Origin: Planktothrix mougeotii LEGE 06226
GTDB taxonomy: Bacteria; Cyanobacteriota; Cyanobacteriia; Cyanobacteriales; Microcoleaceae
DNA: 64,000 nucleotides
Direction of reading: 5' to 3'
Assembly: GCF_015207485.1 (NCBI RefSeq)
Contig: NZ_JADEWU010000005.1
Coordinates: 52,508 to 116,507 of the forward strand
Of this stretch, positions 1 through 9,229 are shown piece by piece; positions within the stretch are counted from its first letter, which is position 1, and each line of letters begins with the position of its first letter. The notes beneath the pieces are model-generated. The model had not been told where the DNA came from, ran no database searches, and was given only the letters and a program-made list of their open reading frames with translations. The position numbers were made by a program, and so were the translations under genes.

Positions 1-38
1 ACCAGGTTCACGCCACACACCAGTCACACATTTCTGCA

Positions 39-1036
39 TTCCCTACTCGTTAGGGAAATTAATTGATTGGAAACCTTGCTGATAGAGATCATCAACTGAA
101 CGATATTCAAGCTCAGACCTGTTCCCTACTCGTTAGGGAAATTAATTGATTGGAAACAAGAGGAAGAAGAACCCAGAAGGGAGCCCAGAGGTTTCCCTAC
201 TCGTTAGGGAAATTAATTGATTGGAAACTAGCCACTTCTTTCTTGACTTCAGGAGCAGCCTCCATTTCCCTACTCGTTAGGGAAATTAATTGATTGGAAA
301 CTTGTTAATAATTTACTCATTCAAGCCTCCACAATTTTCCCTACTCGTTAGGGAAATTAATTGATTGGAAACAAATATAGAGAGGAACATCCACAAAGTC
401 ATTCTGATATTCCCTACTCGTTAGGGAAATTAATTGATTGGAAACTGGAAGAAGTTAAGCTTTTCATAATCGGGTCTCCTTTCCCTACTCGTTAGGGAAA
501 TTAATTGATTGGAAACTCTTTATCAAATATAATCTTATGTTCTTCTCCATCAGCACTTTCCCTACTCGTTAGGGAAATTAATTGATTGGAAACAATTTGA
601 ATTAGAAAGAGTTAAGGGTATTAAAGTAATAAATTTCCCTACTCGTTAGGGAAATTAATTGATTGGAAACCCAGCACTAGGATCATCAACAATAACAGTT
701 ACAAGGTATTCCCTACTCGTTAGGGAAATTAATTGATTGGAAACAAGGAATGAGAACTTTGATTGAATTACTAGACTCTATTCCCTACTCGTTAGGGAAA
801 TTAATTGATTGGAAACTTAATGAATATGCATAAAGCAACATTTGTATTCCTCGGCATTCCCTACTCGTTAGGGAAATTAATTGATTGGAAACCCTGCTCA
901 ATAGCAACAATCAGATTATGGCCTTGCCATTCCCTACTCGTTAGGGAAATTAATTGATTGGAAACAATGGGTTTCCCACTACTCCGCTCAGAGAGTTTAT
1001 CTCCCCACTCGCTGGGGAAATTAATTGATTGGAAAC
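39..1036 (+). CRISPR. CRISPR array with 14 direct repeats of 36 bp (TTCCCTACTCGTTAGGGAAATTAATTGATTGGAAAC; last copy at 1001-1036 is degenerate, and a further remnant lies near 1081-1101). The 13 spacers are unique and 35-47 bp long. The array continues past the 5' edge of the window.
   Basis: Exact 36-bp repeats start at 39, 122, 193, 266, 337, 410, 481, 558, 635, 709, 781, 857 and 930, with a degenerate copy at 1001. The repeat has an internal palindrome (CCCTA..TAGGG) and ends in GAAAC, which suggests the crRNA is transcribed left to right with the leader upstream of the window. Degeneracy at the right end fits that being the leader-distal end. Confidence 0.95.
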
Positions 1037-1131
1037 AGGTTTGGGAAGCGATCGCGATATTCCGACCACTTCCCAGATCTCTCTACTTGCTAGGGAAATT
1101 CTATAAAATCCTAGTTTAAATGCACAATAGC

Positions 1132-2238
1132 TTATTGCAATTGCAGTTGTCGTTGAACTTTAACTAAAATGCGATCGCCTCTAATTAATTGATATTCCGC
1201 CTTCCAATTTCCGGGGGTTAAAGGGGATTGAGGATTATTCTTTTTCCCCACATAACCAATCCAAGTTTTACTCGATTCATTCACAAAACTTTCATTATTA
1301 ACAACTTTTATTCCCTGGGAATCATAAACATTAAAAATCATTTTATCTCCCGTTAATACCCCGTAAACTTGTACCCAAAATAACAATGCTGGACTATCTT
1401 GGAGTAAAATAGTTTCATTAAATTTACCCTGCCATAATTCATCCATTGTGGGGGGTTGGGTTGAAAATCCAGCCCGAATTAACCCCGTTGGAATATAGGC
1501 TAAAGATTGTTCCCAAATGGGGTTACGAGTGACGTTACATCCGGCCGTTGCTCCTGGCCCCACAAAGGGATCAATCACTTCCCCGTTATAACGAATGGTG
1601 AGATGAACATGGGGAAAGGAGGCTAACCCAGAAGCGCCAACCGATCCTAAAATTGTCCCTTTCTCAACCGTATCCCCCGGTTTAACCCGCAGGCTTCCCT
1701 GTCGCAAATGACAATATTGAGTTTCCCACCCCGCACCATTGGGCACAGAGCGATGGTCAATAACAACCCCATTGCCACATTCTGTCCCTTCTACGGCGGT
1801 TTTATCCGCTTCCTGTGCAATGCGTTTGTCAACCACCCCATCCCGGACTCGTAACACTGTCCCCGCCGCCGACGCCACCACCGGAACCCCTCTGGCCATG
1901 GCTTGTTCGTCCGGTATGGCAAAATCTGTGCCTTGATGACCATCATAGGTTTGCCGTCCACAGCCAAAATCAACGGCCTTGGGACTCGGATCTCGATCAG
2001 GATATAACAAAATAAAGCAATCTTCACCCAATTGACAATCAATGGGTTGAGCAAAACGGGGGGTTTGGGGGGTTTGGGTGATCAGTTGTTGGGTCATCCC
2101 TTCAGCCATCGTCTGAGCCTGTTGCAGAGAAGACTCAGCCGTTTGTGTGACCTTCGGACTCCAACAACTGACTAAGACCATTAACCCCAAAGTCAGGAAG
2201 AATGCAACCCCGTATTTTTTAGCGCTTGAAAACCTCAT
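1132..2238 (-). CDS. M23 family metallopeptidase, probable lipoprotein
   Basis: N-terminal signal with a lipobox-like LVSCW. The HQGTDF (HxxxD) and HVH (HxH) zinc-binding motifs of LytM/M23 peptidases are present. Confidence 0.8.
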   Translation of the reverse strand: MRFSSAKKYGVAFFLTLGLMVLVSCWSPKVTQTAESSLQQAQTMAEGMTQQLITQTPQTPRFAQPIDCQLGEDCFILLYPDRDPSPKAVDFGCGRQTYDGHQGTDFAIPDEQAMARGVPVVASAAGTVLRVRDGVVDKRIAQEADKTAVEGTECGNGVVIDHRSVPNGAGWETQYCHLRQGSLRVKPGDTVEKGTILGSVGASGLASFPHVHLTIRYNGEVIDPFVGPGATAGCNVTRNPIWEQSLAYIPTGLIRAGFSTQPPTMDELWQGKFNETILLQDSPALLFWVQVYGVLTGDKMIFNVYDSQGIKVVNNESFVNESSKTWIGYVGKKNNPQSPLTPGNWKAEYQLIRGDRILVKVQRQLQLQ

Positions 2239-2245
2239 ATTTAAC

Positions 2246-2508
2246 CCCGTAGTAAGCCCTTTAGGGCTATCTTTCCCGTAGTAAGCCCTTTAGGGCTATC
2301 TTTCCCGTAGTAAGCCCTTTAGGGCTATCTTTCCAAGATAAAAAGATAGAGGCGTGAACGCCTCACTACAATTTGTAGTCAGCCCTTCAGGGCTGTCTTT
2401 CCAAGATAAAAAGATAGAGGCGTGAACGCCTCACTACAATTTGTAGTCAGCCCTTTAGGGCTATCTTTCCAAGATAAAAAGATAGAGGCGTGAACGCCTC
2501 ACTACAAT
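2246..2508. repeat. Nested tandem repeats: 3 copies of a 29-bp unit (CCCGTAGTAAGCCCTTTAGGGCTATCTTT) followed by about 2.6 copies of a 68-bp unit that ends in the same 29-bp-like motif
   Basis: Direct reading gives 29-bp units at 2246, 2275 and 2304, and 68-bp units at 2333, 2401 and 2469 (the last truncated). Each unit carries hairpins (AGCCCTTTAGGGCT and GAGGCGTGAACGCCTC). The block sits between the stop of the 2509-3162 gene and the start of the M23 peptidase gene. Confidence 0.9.
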
Positions 2509-3162
2509 TTAGCGGAAAAGAATATCCGATTGTAAGGTTAAATTCAGGTCTTCACTGGGACGAACTACGACAACATCGACTTTCCGACGTCCGACGAAGA
2601 CTCCGGTAATGGCACCGAGTCCCGCACCGCCTAACACTTCTTCGGTGGCGATCGCATTATCGCCAACAATAGCACCAATCGCCGTCGCCGCTGCTGCTCC
2701 AATGGCTGCTCCCCCTAGAATAGACCGGGCTGAAGCTCCTTTGCGAATGGTTTCTGTGCGAGTCACCACTTGAGAATTAGCATCTAAGCGGAATCTTTGT
2801 CCAGCACTAATAATCACTTCATTGGCGACAAATTGAGAGCCCCCGGAAGCGGGTTTTAATTGTCCGACAATTTCAGCCCCGGCGGGAATCCAAACTCGTC
2901 CTTGGCTGGTGACAACATTTTGTGCTACCGTCATCGTTAAAGGAACGGTTTCATTGGGCATGACCACAATTTTTTCAGCTTCTGGATATTCGACTGAAAT
3001 TACAGTTCCTGCTAAGATTCTATCCCGTTGTAAGGTATTGGGAAAGGATTGAGCCGTGGCTGGAATTCCGGGTAGTAAAGGGATAGCCACCGCCGTTGTT
3101 AAACCGAATGCTAGAAAAATTGATAATCCTGAACGCGAAAATTTAGAAATGAACATAAACAC
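2509..3162 (-). CDS. Secreted protein with a C-terminal glycine-zipper (Gly/Ala-rich) region
   Basis: Signal peptide, and a GGAAIGAAAATAIGAIVG...GGAGLGAITG glycine-zipper-like stretch. Confidence 0.55.
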   Translation of the reverse strand: MFMFISKFSRSGLSIFLAFGLTTAVAIPLLPGIPATAQSFPNTLQRDRILAGTVISVEYPEAEKIVVMPNETVPLTMTVAQNVVTSQGRVWIPAGAEIVGQLKPASGGSQFVANEVIISAGQRFRLDANSQVVTRTETIRKGASARSILGGAAIGAAAATAIGAIVGDNAIATEEVLGGAGLGAITGVFVGRRKVDVVVVRPSEDLNLTLQSDILFR

Positions 3163-3276
3163 AACATCCTTATTTGTTCTTGAGATTGGGTTTAATCCTT
3201 ATATAACCTAAAGTCGATAGAATTGCTGTATTGTTCCTGTGTTTATCAAGTTTGATTCTAAATTCCCCCGGCTCTA

Positions 3277-4755
3277 CTAATCTAATTCCTGTTCTAATAC
3301 ATTAGCGATCGCTCGTTTTGTATTTTCGCTAAATTCTCGAACATTTACCCGATTTAATAAGATAATTGCCAGCATCATTCCGATGGCTTGAACTGTAAAA
3401 ACCGTTCCATAAGCTAACACAGGAACCTGAAAGATCGCCCGTCCTAAATCTAAAACCGCACCGCCTAAAATTGTTGCTAATCCTCGCGCCAAAGCTTGAG
3501 CTAAACCCCAAGCTCCAATAAAAGTTCCAGCCGTTTCAGCTAAGGTTAAATCTAACATTAAATTAATCGCCCCAGCCGTTAGAATTCCTGAACATAAACC
3601 AAAGCCTAATAATGCTCCTTTTAAAAATCCTGGATTTGTGCTAAAACCTGCCAAAATAAAGAATATTAAACAAATTGCAACCCCAATACAACCGATTTTA
3701 ACTGTATTTTTTTTACCGAGACGAGGAACCATTAAAAATCCCGTTGAAGCAATGCCAATTAAGGTTCCTGTTCCAAAAAACGCATTTAATTTTGTGGTTT
3801 CAGACACACACATTCCAAAGACTTCACCCCCATAGGGTTCTAAAACCGCATCCTGCATAAATAAGCTAATCGTCATTACTAACAAAAAGGTAAAAAATAA
3901 TCCGGTTTGGGGACTAGCGGTTAAAATTTTAAGGGCACGATTTAAAGTAATTTGATCTTCGCGTTCCACAACAGTAGAGCGCAATTGGTAACGAGAAAAC
4001 CGACGTTCAATACCAATGGTTGCTGTCACGGATAATCCGATAACCATTAACGGTATTATGATAAATAACGGCGTAACAGAGGCTTGTAATTCAGGTAAAT
4101 TTGTGGTTGTTGCTATGGGGGTTTCAGTTAAAATAGCAGCCCCACACAGTTCAGGACGATGAAGAATTTTAGAACTAATAATCGCTCCAATCACAATTCC
4201 CACCATTAGCATTGACCAAACAATACTAATTAATTTAGAGCGATTATCTTCATCAGAAACATCAAATAAAAGGGCAGTAAAAGGGGTAGAACTTGCACTT
4301 AAAGCTAAACCATATCCGGCAAAAATTAAGGCTAATAAACCCGCCCATAAATAAGCGATTCCATTAAATCCATTAACTTGAATACTCGCCCCTAATTGCC
4401 AAACGATTTGTATTGCTAAAAATGAAGCACTGGTAAATAAAATTAACCCAATCCATACATAGCTACTGCGATGATATCCCCATAACGGTTTAGCATCAGA
4501 CATCTGACCAAACCACACCCTAGCAGGGGCAACAAATTGGTGCATTGCGATCGCTCCTGCTGCAATTAACGCCGGAACTTTTAACTCGTCAATCATAATT
4601 CGGTTAATCACACCCAGGGTTAGTAAAGACATAATTCCTAACCCCATTTGATACAAACCTAACCGAAACATGGTAAATAGAGGAATGGGGGGCAAGGGTT
4701 TACCTTCTAGGGGATTAGAGGTTGAGGATTGCTCTGAGGAATCACCGATTTTCAT
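3277..4755 (-). CDS. MFS transporter of the BCD/PucC family
   Basis: Polytopic membrane protein. The N-terminal RLGLYQMGLGIMSLLTLGVINRIMIDEL block resembles the PucC/LhaA family signature. Confidence 0.65.
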   Translation of the reverse strand: MKIGDSSEQSSTSNPLEGKPLPPIPLFTMFRLGLYQMGLGIMSLLTLGVINRIMIDELKVPALIAAGAIAMHQFVAPARVWFGQMSDAKPLWGYHRSSYVWIGLILFTSASFLAIQIVWQLGASIQVNGFNGIAYLWAGLLALIFAGYGLALSASSTPFTALLFDVSDEDNRSKLISIVWSMLMVGIVIGAIISSKILHRPELCGAAILTETPIATTTNLPELQASVTPLFIIIPLMVIGLSVTATIGIERRFSRYQLRSTVVEREDQITLNRALKILTASPQTGLFFTFLLVMTISLFMQDAVLEPYGGEVFGMCVSETTKLNAFFGTGTLIGIASTGFLMVPRLGKKNTVKIGCIGVAICLIFFILAGFSTNPGFLKGALLGFGLCSGILTAGAINLMLDLTLAETAGTFIGAWGLAQALARGLATILGGAVLDLGRAIFQVPVLAYGTVFTVQAIGMMLAIILLNRVNVREFSENTKRAIANVLEQELD

Positions 4756-4900
4756 GGGTTGTAAGTTAAGACAGCAAGAAGGAAAAACAACTCATTTTTA
4801 ACAATTTTATTAAAATTTAGGCTGAGTTGCATTTTCTGATTATAATAGAAGAGCTACTGAATTTCAAGTTAAACCAAATTCAAACTCTTTTTGAGCAAAA

Positions 4901-5506
4901 ATGACTAAAGTTTTATCAAATTTTATTCAAATTAAACAAGCTAAAATTCATATCTTAGAAGTAGGAAACTCTCAAAATCCATCGGTTTTATTCCTTCATG
5001 GGGCTAGTTTTAAAGCCGAGACTTGGCAAGAGATTGGAACCCTAGAATTGATGGCTCAAAACCAATATCATGCTATTGCTGTGGATCTCCCTGGATATGG
5101 CAAATCTCAATCCTTGAGCGGAAATCGAGTTGAGCTTTTATTAGAGATCATTGATCATCTGAACTTATCAAGGTGCGTGTTAGTCTCTCCTTCTATGAGT
5201 GGGAATTATAGCTTACCCTTTATCGCTCAACATTCAGACCGCTTAGGAGGATTTGTCGCTGTTGCTCCCGTGGGTATCCCTCAGATGGTAGAACATTTAC
5301 CAGGAATTTCACTGCCAACCTTAGCGATTTGGGGAAGTAATGATAGAATTGTTCCATTGGATCACGCAAAGTTACTTCAACAATTCATGCCAAATGTAGA
5401 AATTGTGATTTTGGAACAAGCCGGTCATGCTTGTTACATGAAAGCAACTCCTAAGTTTCATGAACATCTCATGGAATTTGTGAACCGTATAAACTCTCAT
5501 TCATAA
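4901..5506 (+). CDS. Alpha/beta-fold hydrolase
   Basis: LFLHGASF, a nucleophile-elbow-like SMSGN, and a C-terminal GHAC motif, at the usual alpha/beta hydrolase spacing. Confidence 0.65.
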   Translation: MTKVLSNFIQIKQAKIHILEVGNSQNPSVLFLHGASFKAETWQEIGTLELMAQNQYHAIAVDLPGYGKSQSLSGNRVELLLEIIDHLNLSRCVLVSPSMSGNYSLPFIAQHSDRLGGFVAVAPVGIPQMVEHLPGISLPTLAIWGSNDRIVPLDHAKLLQQFMPNVEIVILEQAGHACYMKATPKFHEHLMEFVNRINSHS

Positions 5507-5628
5507 CATTTTATTTATCGGTTTTTTTAGAGTTTATTATTCTTCTATTTTGTAACCGGATAAAATTATATCCTCAAGGTTAAATTCAACATTTTTTTCT
5601 TAATGACTCCTAGGATGATGATTAAAAA

Positions 5629-6186
5629 ATGACTCACAAAACAGAAAAAGCACTTTTTCTTTTAGGCGGACTCAGCGATGATGATCTCAGCTGGATTATC
5701 AATAAAGCAAAAATAGAAAAACTGCCCCCCGGCGAACGGTTAATTTATGAAGGACGCCCCATTAATGCCCTTTATTTTGTATTGAGTGGATTGTTAACGG
5801 TGGTGATAGGGTCGAAAGAAGATCGAGAATTAGCCCAAATTACGACAGGGGAAGTCGTTGGAGAAGTATCTTTTATCGATAGTCGCCCCCCTTTAGCAAC
5901 GGTTAAAGCCTTAGAAACCACTCAAGTTTTAGCCATTTCTCGTTTTGATCTCAATAGCAAACTTCACCATGATTCTAAATTTGCTGCCCGATTTTATCAT
6001 GGTTTATCCCTGTGTTTAGCCAGTCGGATGCGAGGCACAATTCGACGTTTAGGTTATGATGATCTGACAGAATATGAAATAGATGTACTAGAACCTGAAG
6101 AATTTAGTGAACAGACCAAAGAATTTTTAGTTTTAGCCCAAGCTAAATTTAATTGGTTAGTTCAAAATCTCCGAGCTAGGGAATAA
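5629..6186 (+). CDS. Stand-alone cyclic-nucleotide-binding (CAP-family) domain protein with no HTH
   Basis: cNMP-binding domain signature GEVVGEVSFIDSRPPLATVKA and an upstream beta-roll segment. Confidence 0.7.
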   Translation: MTHKTEKALFLLGGLSDDDLSWIINKAKIEKLPPGERLIYEGRPINALYFVLSGLLTVVIGSKEDRELAQITTGEVVGEVSFIDSRPPLATVKALETTQVLAISRFDLNSKLHHDSKFAARFYHGLSLCLASRMRGTIRRLGYDDLTEYEIDVLEPEEFSEQTKEFLVLAQAKFNWLVQNLRARE

Positions 6187-6212
6187 AACATCAACTATTT
6201 TTAGAGTCGCAA

Positions 6213-6668
6213 CTAGGGGTCATCCTGGGTTGAACTAATCCACTTCCAAAAGGGATGAGTTGGCCCCTGTTTCAGAATTTTAAAGACTTGCTGTTCTAAA
6301 CGGTGTTGATAGGCGGGAGAAACGCCGAATAAAATGTTGCGACTATGCCAGACTAACGTTGCTGTTGTCATACCCATACACAACCCTAACCCCAAGGCAG
6401 CAAAACGATTATAAGCTAAACCATAGCGAACCGCCGACCAAGTAAAATGGTTTTGCCAAAGGGCAATTTCTCCGCGCAACGCCCACAGACTTAAAGGCGC
6501 TACGGTAATCCACAAAATTCCAATGACTAACCATCGGGTGTAAACCGTAAGTCGATGCAATTTTTGCACTTGAGCATTAAACGTTGAATCATCTGGCGAA
6601 GGGTTTAATCCCATTTCGGCCTCCTGCTTTTTAACCCCTATCTGCTGTGGCATGAGGACTGCCCTCAT
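6213..6668 (-). CDS. Hypothetical membrane protein
   Basis: ORF with 3-4 predicted TM helices and no recognisable family. Confidence 0.45.
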   Translation of the reverse strand: MRAVLMPQQIGVKKQEAEMGLNPSPDDSTFNAQVQKLHRLTVYTRWLVIGILWITVAPLSLWALRGEIALWQNHFTWSAVRYGLAYNRFAALGLGLCMGMTTATLVWHSRNILFGVSPAYQHRLEQQVFKILKQGPTHPFWKWISSTQDDP

Positions 6669-6720
6669 GGGTCAATTTTAGAACAGCTTTCACTTATAGC
6701 AGAAGAAATTTTTAACGAAC

Positions 6721-6921
6721 TCATAATTGACCTAACTTTTTTTGAATCCAATCAATTCGAGAATTAAATTCTAGGGTTTCCATGAGCTTGCGGTTCTCAT
6801 CAGTCATGGTATTTAAGCGTTGATGAATGTCAATTAATATTTGTTCTATTTTTTCAAGGCGCTGCCGTCTTTGTTGAGATTGGCGATAGAAAGGGGAAAT
6901 TATTGGGCGTTCTTGCAGCAT
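6721..6921 (-). CDS. Small hypothetical coiled-coil protein
   Basis: 66-aa ORF with a charged heptad pattern. Weak support. Confidence 0.3.
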   Translation of the reverse strand: MLQERPIISPFYRQSQQRRQRLEKIEQILIDIHQRLNTMTDENRKLMETLEFNSRIDWIQKKLGQL

Positions 6922-7284
6922 AATTCAAATAATTGACTTAAATTTAAGTTAGCTGAGATCAACAGGTTTGACAACTCAACATGGACAGTTTAAAAGCTGG
7001 CTCTTTTGGAAAAAACACAACTTGAAACTTTTTGTTAAAGGTTGACTCCTGAAGCCTAATTGAGAAAACCCTGGTTTCCCTAATAAGATAACAAAGGACA
7101 GAAAATTTAACTGTCCTAGGTAGAAAGATTGGAAAGGATATCACTAGATTGAAAAATTTTGAGAAATTTATCCTCTATCTCAAGATAGAATTTTTACTGA
7201 AGACAGATAAAAATAGGGGATTAGGGGTTAACAAGAGGTTGAAAACTTATTTTAATCTCAAGGATTGCCGTTTAAAGGTTTAGT

Positions 7285-9132
7285 TTATGACTCAAATTGT
7301 TGAGCATAAAATAAAGCATAACGTTCGCCTTTTTCTAATAGCTCTTGATGGGTTCCTGATTCCACAATTTGACCTTGTTCTAAGACTAAAATTCGAGTTG
7401 CACGTCTAACCGTTGCTAAACGATGAGCAATAATAAAAACAGTTCGGTCTTGCATTAATCGTTCTAAAGCTTCTTGAACTAACCCTTCTGATTCCGAATC
7501 TAAAGCTGATGTAGCTTCATCTAAAATTAAGATTCTGGGGTTTAATAAAACAGCCCTAGCAATGGCAATTCGTTGTCGTTGTCCCCCAGATAAATTCACC
7601 CCCCGTTCTCCAACCAGGGTTTGATAGCCATTCGGAAACTGCATAATAAACGAATCCGCATTGGCAATTTTTGCGGCTTCTTCGATATCTTTTAAGTCAT
7701 AATAAGCTTGACCAAAGGCAATATTTTGAGCAATGGTTCCTGAAAATAAGGTAATATCTTGGGGAACAATCCCAATTTGTCGGCGCAGACTTTTTAAGGT
7801 GACATCTTGAATATCAATATCATCAATTTTAATGGTTCCTGACTGGCGATCATAAAATCGGGGTAATAAACTCACTAAGGTTGTTTTTCCGGCTCCCGAC
7901 GGCCCCACTAATGCCACCATTTCCCCCGGTTTAACACATAAATTGAGATTCTGTAAAACGGGTTTATTGTGATCTTGACTTTGAGAAAAATCCGTTTTAG
8001 GATAAGTAAAATTAACGTTATAATATTCGACTTTTCCAGTTACATGAGGTAAAATAAAAGCATCGGGTTTTTCAAGAACCGTTGGCTGCACGGCTAACAG
8101 TTCAAAAATGCGATCGCAAGAAGCTTGACCTTGCTTAAAATCACTATAATTACTCGTAGTTAAAGAGATGGGATCAATTAATAACGCCACCGCCGCAATA
8201 TAACTAATAAACCCACTTCCCGTTAAATTCCCTTGGGAGATTTGCCATCCTCCTAAAAAGAATAATAAAATGACACTCATAGCTTCTAAAAAGCCAACCA
8301 CTACAAATTGTAAGGCTTTGACTTGTTCGGCTAAATATTTGGCTTTGCGATTTTGTTCGGCTTCTAAACTAAAGCGATTAATTTCATAGTCTTCCGCCGC
8401 AAAGGCTTGGACTAAGCGAATTCCTCCGAACACTTCTGTTAATAAGGCTGCTAAATTAGAAACTCGGTTTTGGCTATGGCGAGTAAAGGTTAATAATTTT
8501 TCCCCAAACCAACCAATTAACACCGCCATAAAGGGGGCAATAATTAACGTCGCCAGGGTTAATTGCCAATTGAGATAAATCATATATCCCAAAACTACAA
8601 TTAACTGTAAAATACAAGGAATAAATTGGTGAAAAAACTTATTAATGACTTCGCCAATGCGGTCAATATCTTCCGTGAGGCGATAGGCGAGATCTCCGGT
8701 TTTTGCCGTTTCAAAATAGCCAATATTCAGCCGTTGTAAATGACGATAAACTTGTTTTCTTAATTCCAGAGAAATTGTTAAGGCAGCTTTTGCCATCAAG
8801 GTATCCTGACCATATTGTACCGTTCCCCGCACCAGGAAAACCACCGCCGCCACTCCCGCTAATTGAGCAATGGCGGAGATATTTCCTGCTCCAATATAAC
8901 CTGCCATTTGCCCCGCTAACCACGCTAATAACGGCCAAAACACAGTAAAAGCAAGGGTACAAACTAATGCTTTAGCAATGGTTTGCCATTGGGTGCGAAT
9001 ATAAGGAATTAATTCCCGGTAGCTAGAAGGTTGTTTTTGTTTCAAGTTATTAGCATCAAAACGTCTTTTATAACCTACCATATTTTTACACAAAAACCGT
9101 AGGGTGCGTAAGTGAAACGCACGCACCATCAA
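7285..9132 (-). CDS. ABC exporter with fused permease and ATPase domains (MsbA-like); the true start may be internal
   Basis: Six-TM N-terminal domain, Walker A GPSGAGKT, ABC signature LSGGQRQR, Walker B ILILDEATSALD, and an H-loop. Confidence 0.85.
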   Translation of the reverse strand: MMVRAFHLRTLRFLCKNMVGYKRRFDANNLKQKQPSSYRELIPYIRTQWQTIAKALVCTLAFTVFWPLLAWLAGQMAGYIGAGNISAIAQLAGVAAVVFLVRGTVQYGQDTLMAKAALTISLELRKQVYRHLQRLNIGYFETAKTGDLAYRLTEDIDRIGEVINKFFHQFIPCILQLIVVLGYMIYLNWQLTLATLIIAPFMAVLIGWFGEKLLTFTRHSQNRVSNLAALLTEVFGGIRLVQAFAAEDYEINRFSLEAEQNRKAKYLAEQVKALQFVVVGFLEAMSVILLFFLGGWQISQGNLTGSGFISYIAAVALLIDPISLTTSNYSDFKQGQASCDRIFELLAVQPTVLEKPDAFILPHVTGKVEYYNVNFTYPKTDFSQSQDHNKPVLQNLNLCVKPGEMVALVGPSGAGKTTLVSLLPRFYDRQSGTIKIDDIDIQDVTLKSLRRQIGIVPQDITLFSGTIAQNIAFGQAYYDLKDIEEAAKIANADSFIMQFPNGYQTLVGERGVNLSGGQRQRIAIARAVLLNPRILILDEATSALDSESEGLVQEALERLMQDRTVFIIAHRLATVRRATRILVLEQGQIVESGTHQELLEKGERYALFYAQQFES

Positions 9133-9229
9133 AATTTTGAGCAGAGAAAATGGTGCGTGATTTGATATGAAATCTTTAAATGTTTGCTACACATCTCCCC
9201 CCTTTTTTAGGGAGGTTTGGGAGATATTT

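Noticed and set aside
1-1131. cas genes associated with the CRISPR array
   Set aside because: None present in the window. The region between the array and 1132 is only the degenerate array end, and the leader side is beyond the 5' edge.
1739-2054. Short ORFs nested in or antisense to larger genes (e.g. 1739-1936, 1791-2054, 3329-3511, 8703-8962, 9699-9938, 16224-16630, 18665-19120, 20061-20309, 28239-28697, 35793-35999, 36603-37052, 40639-41595, 57808-58150, 59448-60485, 62005-62229, 62585-62779)
   Set aside because: All lie within well-supported longer CDSs on the other strand or frame and have low-complexity translations.
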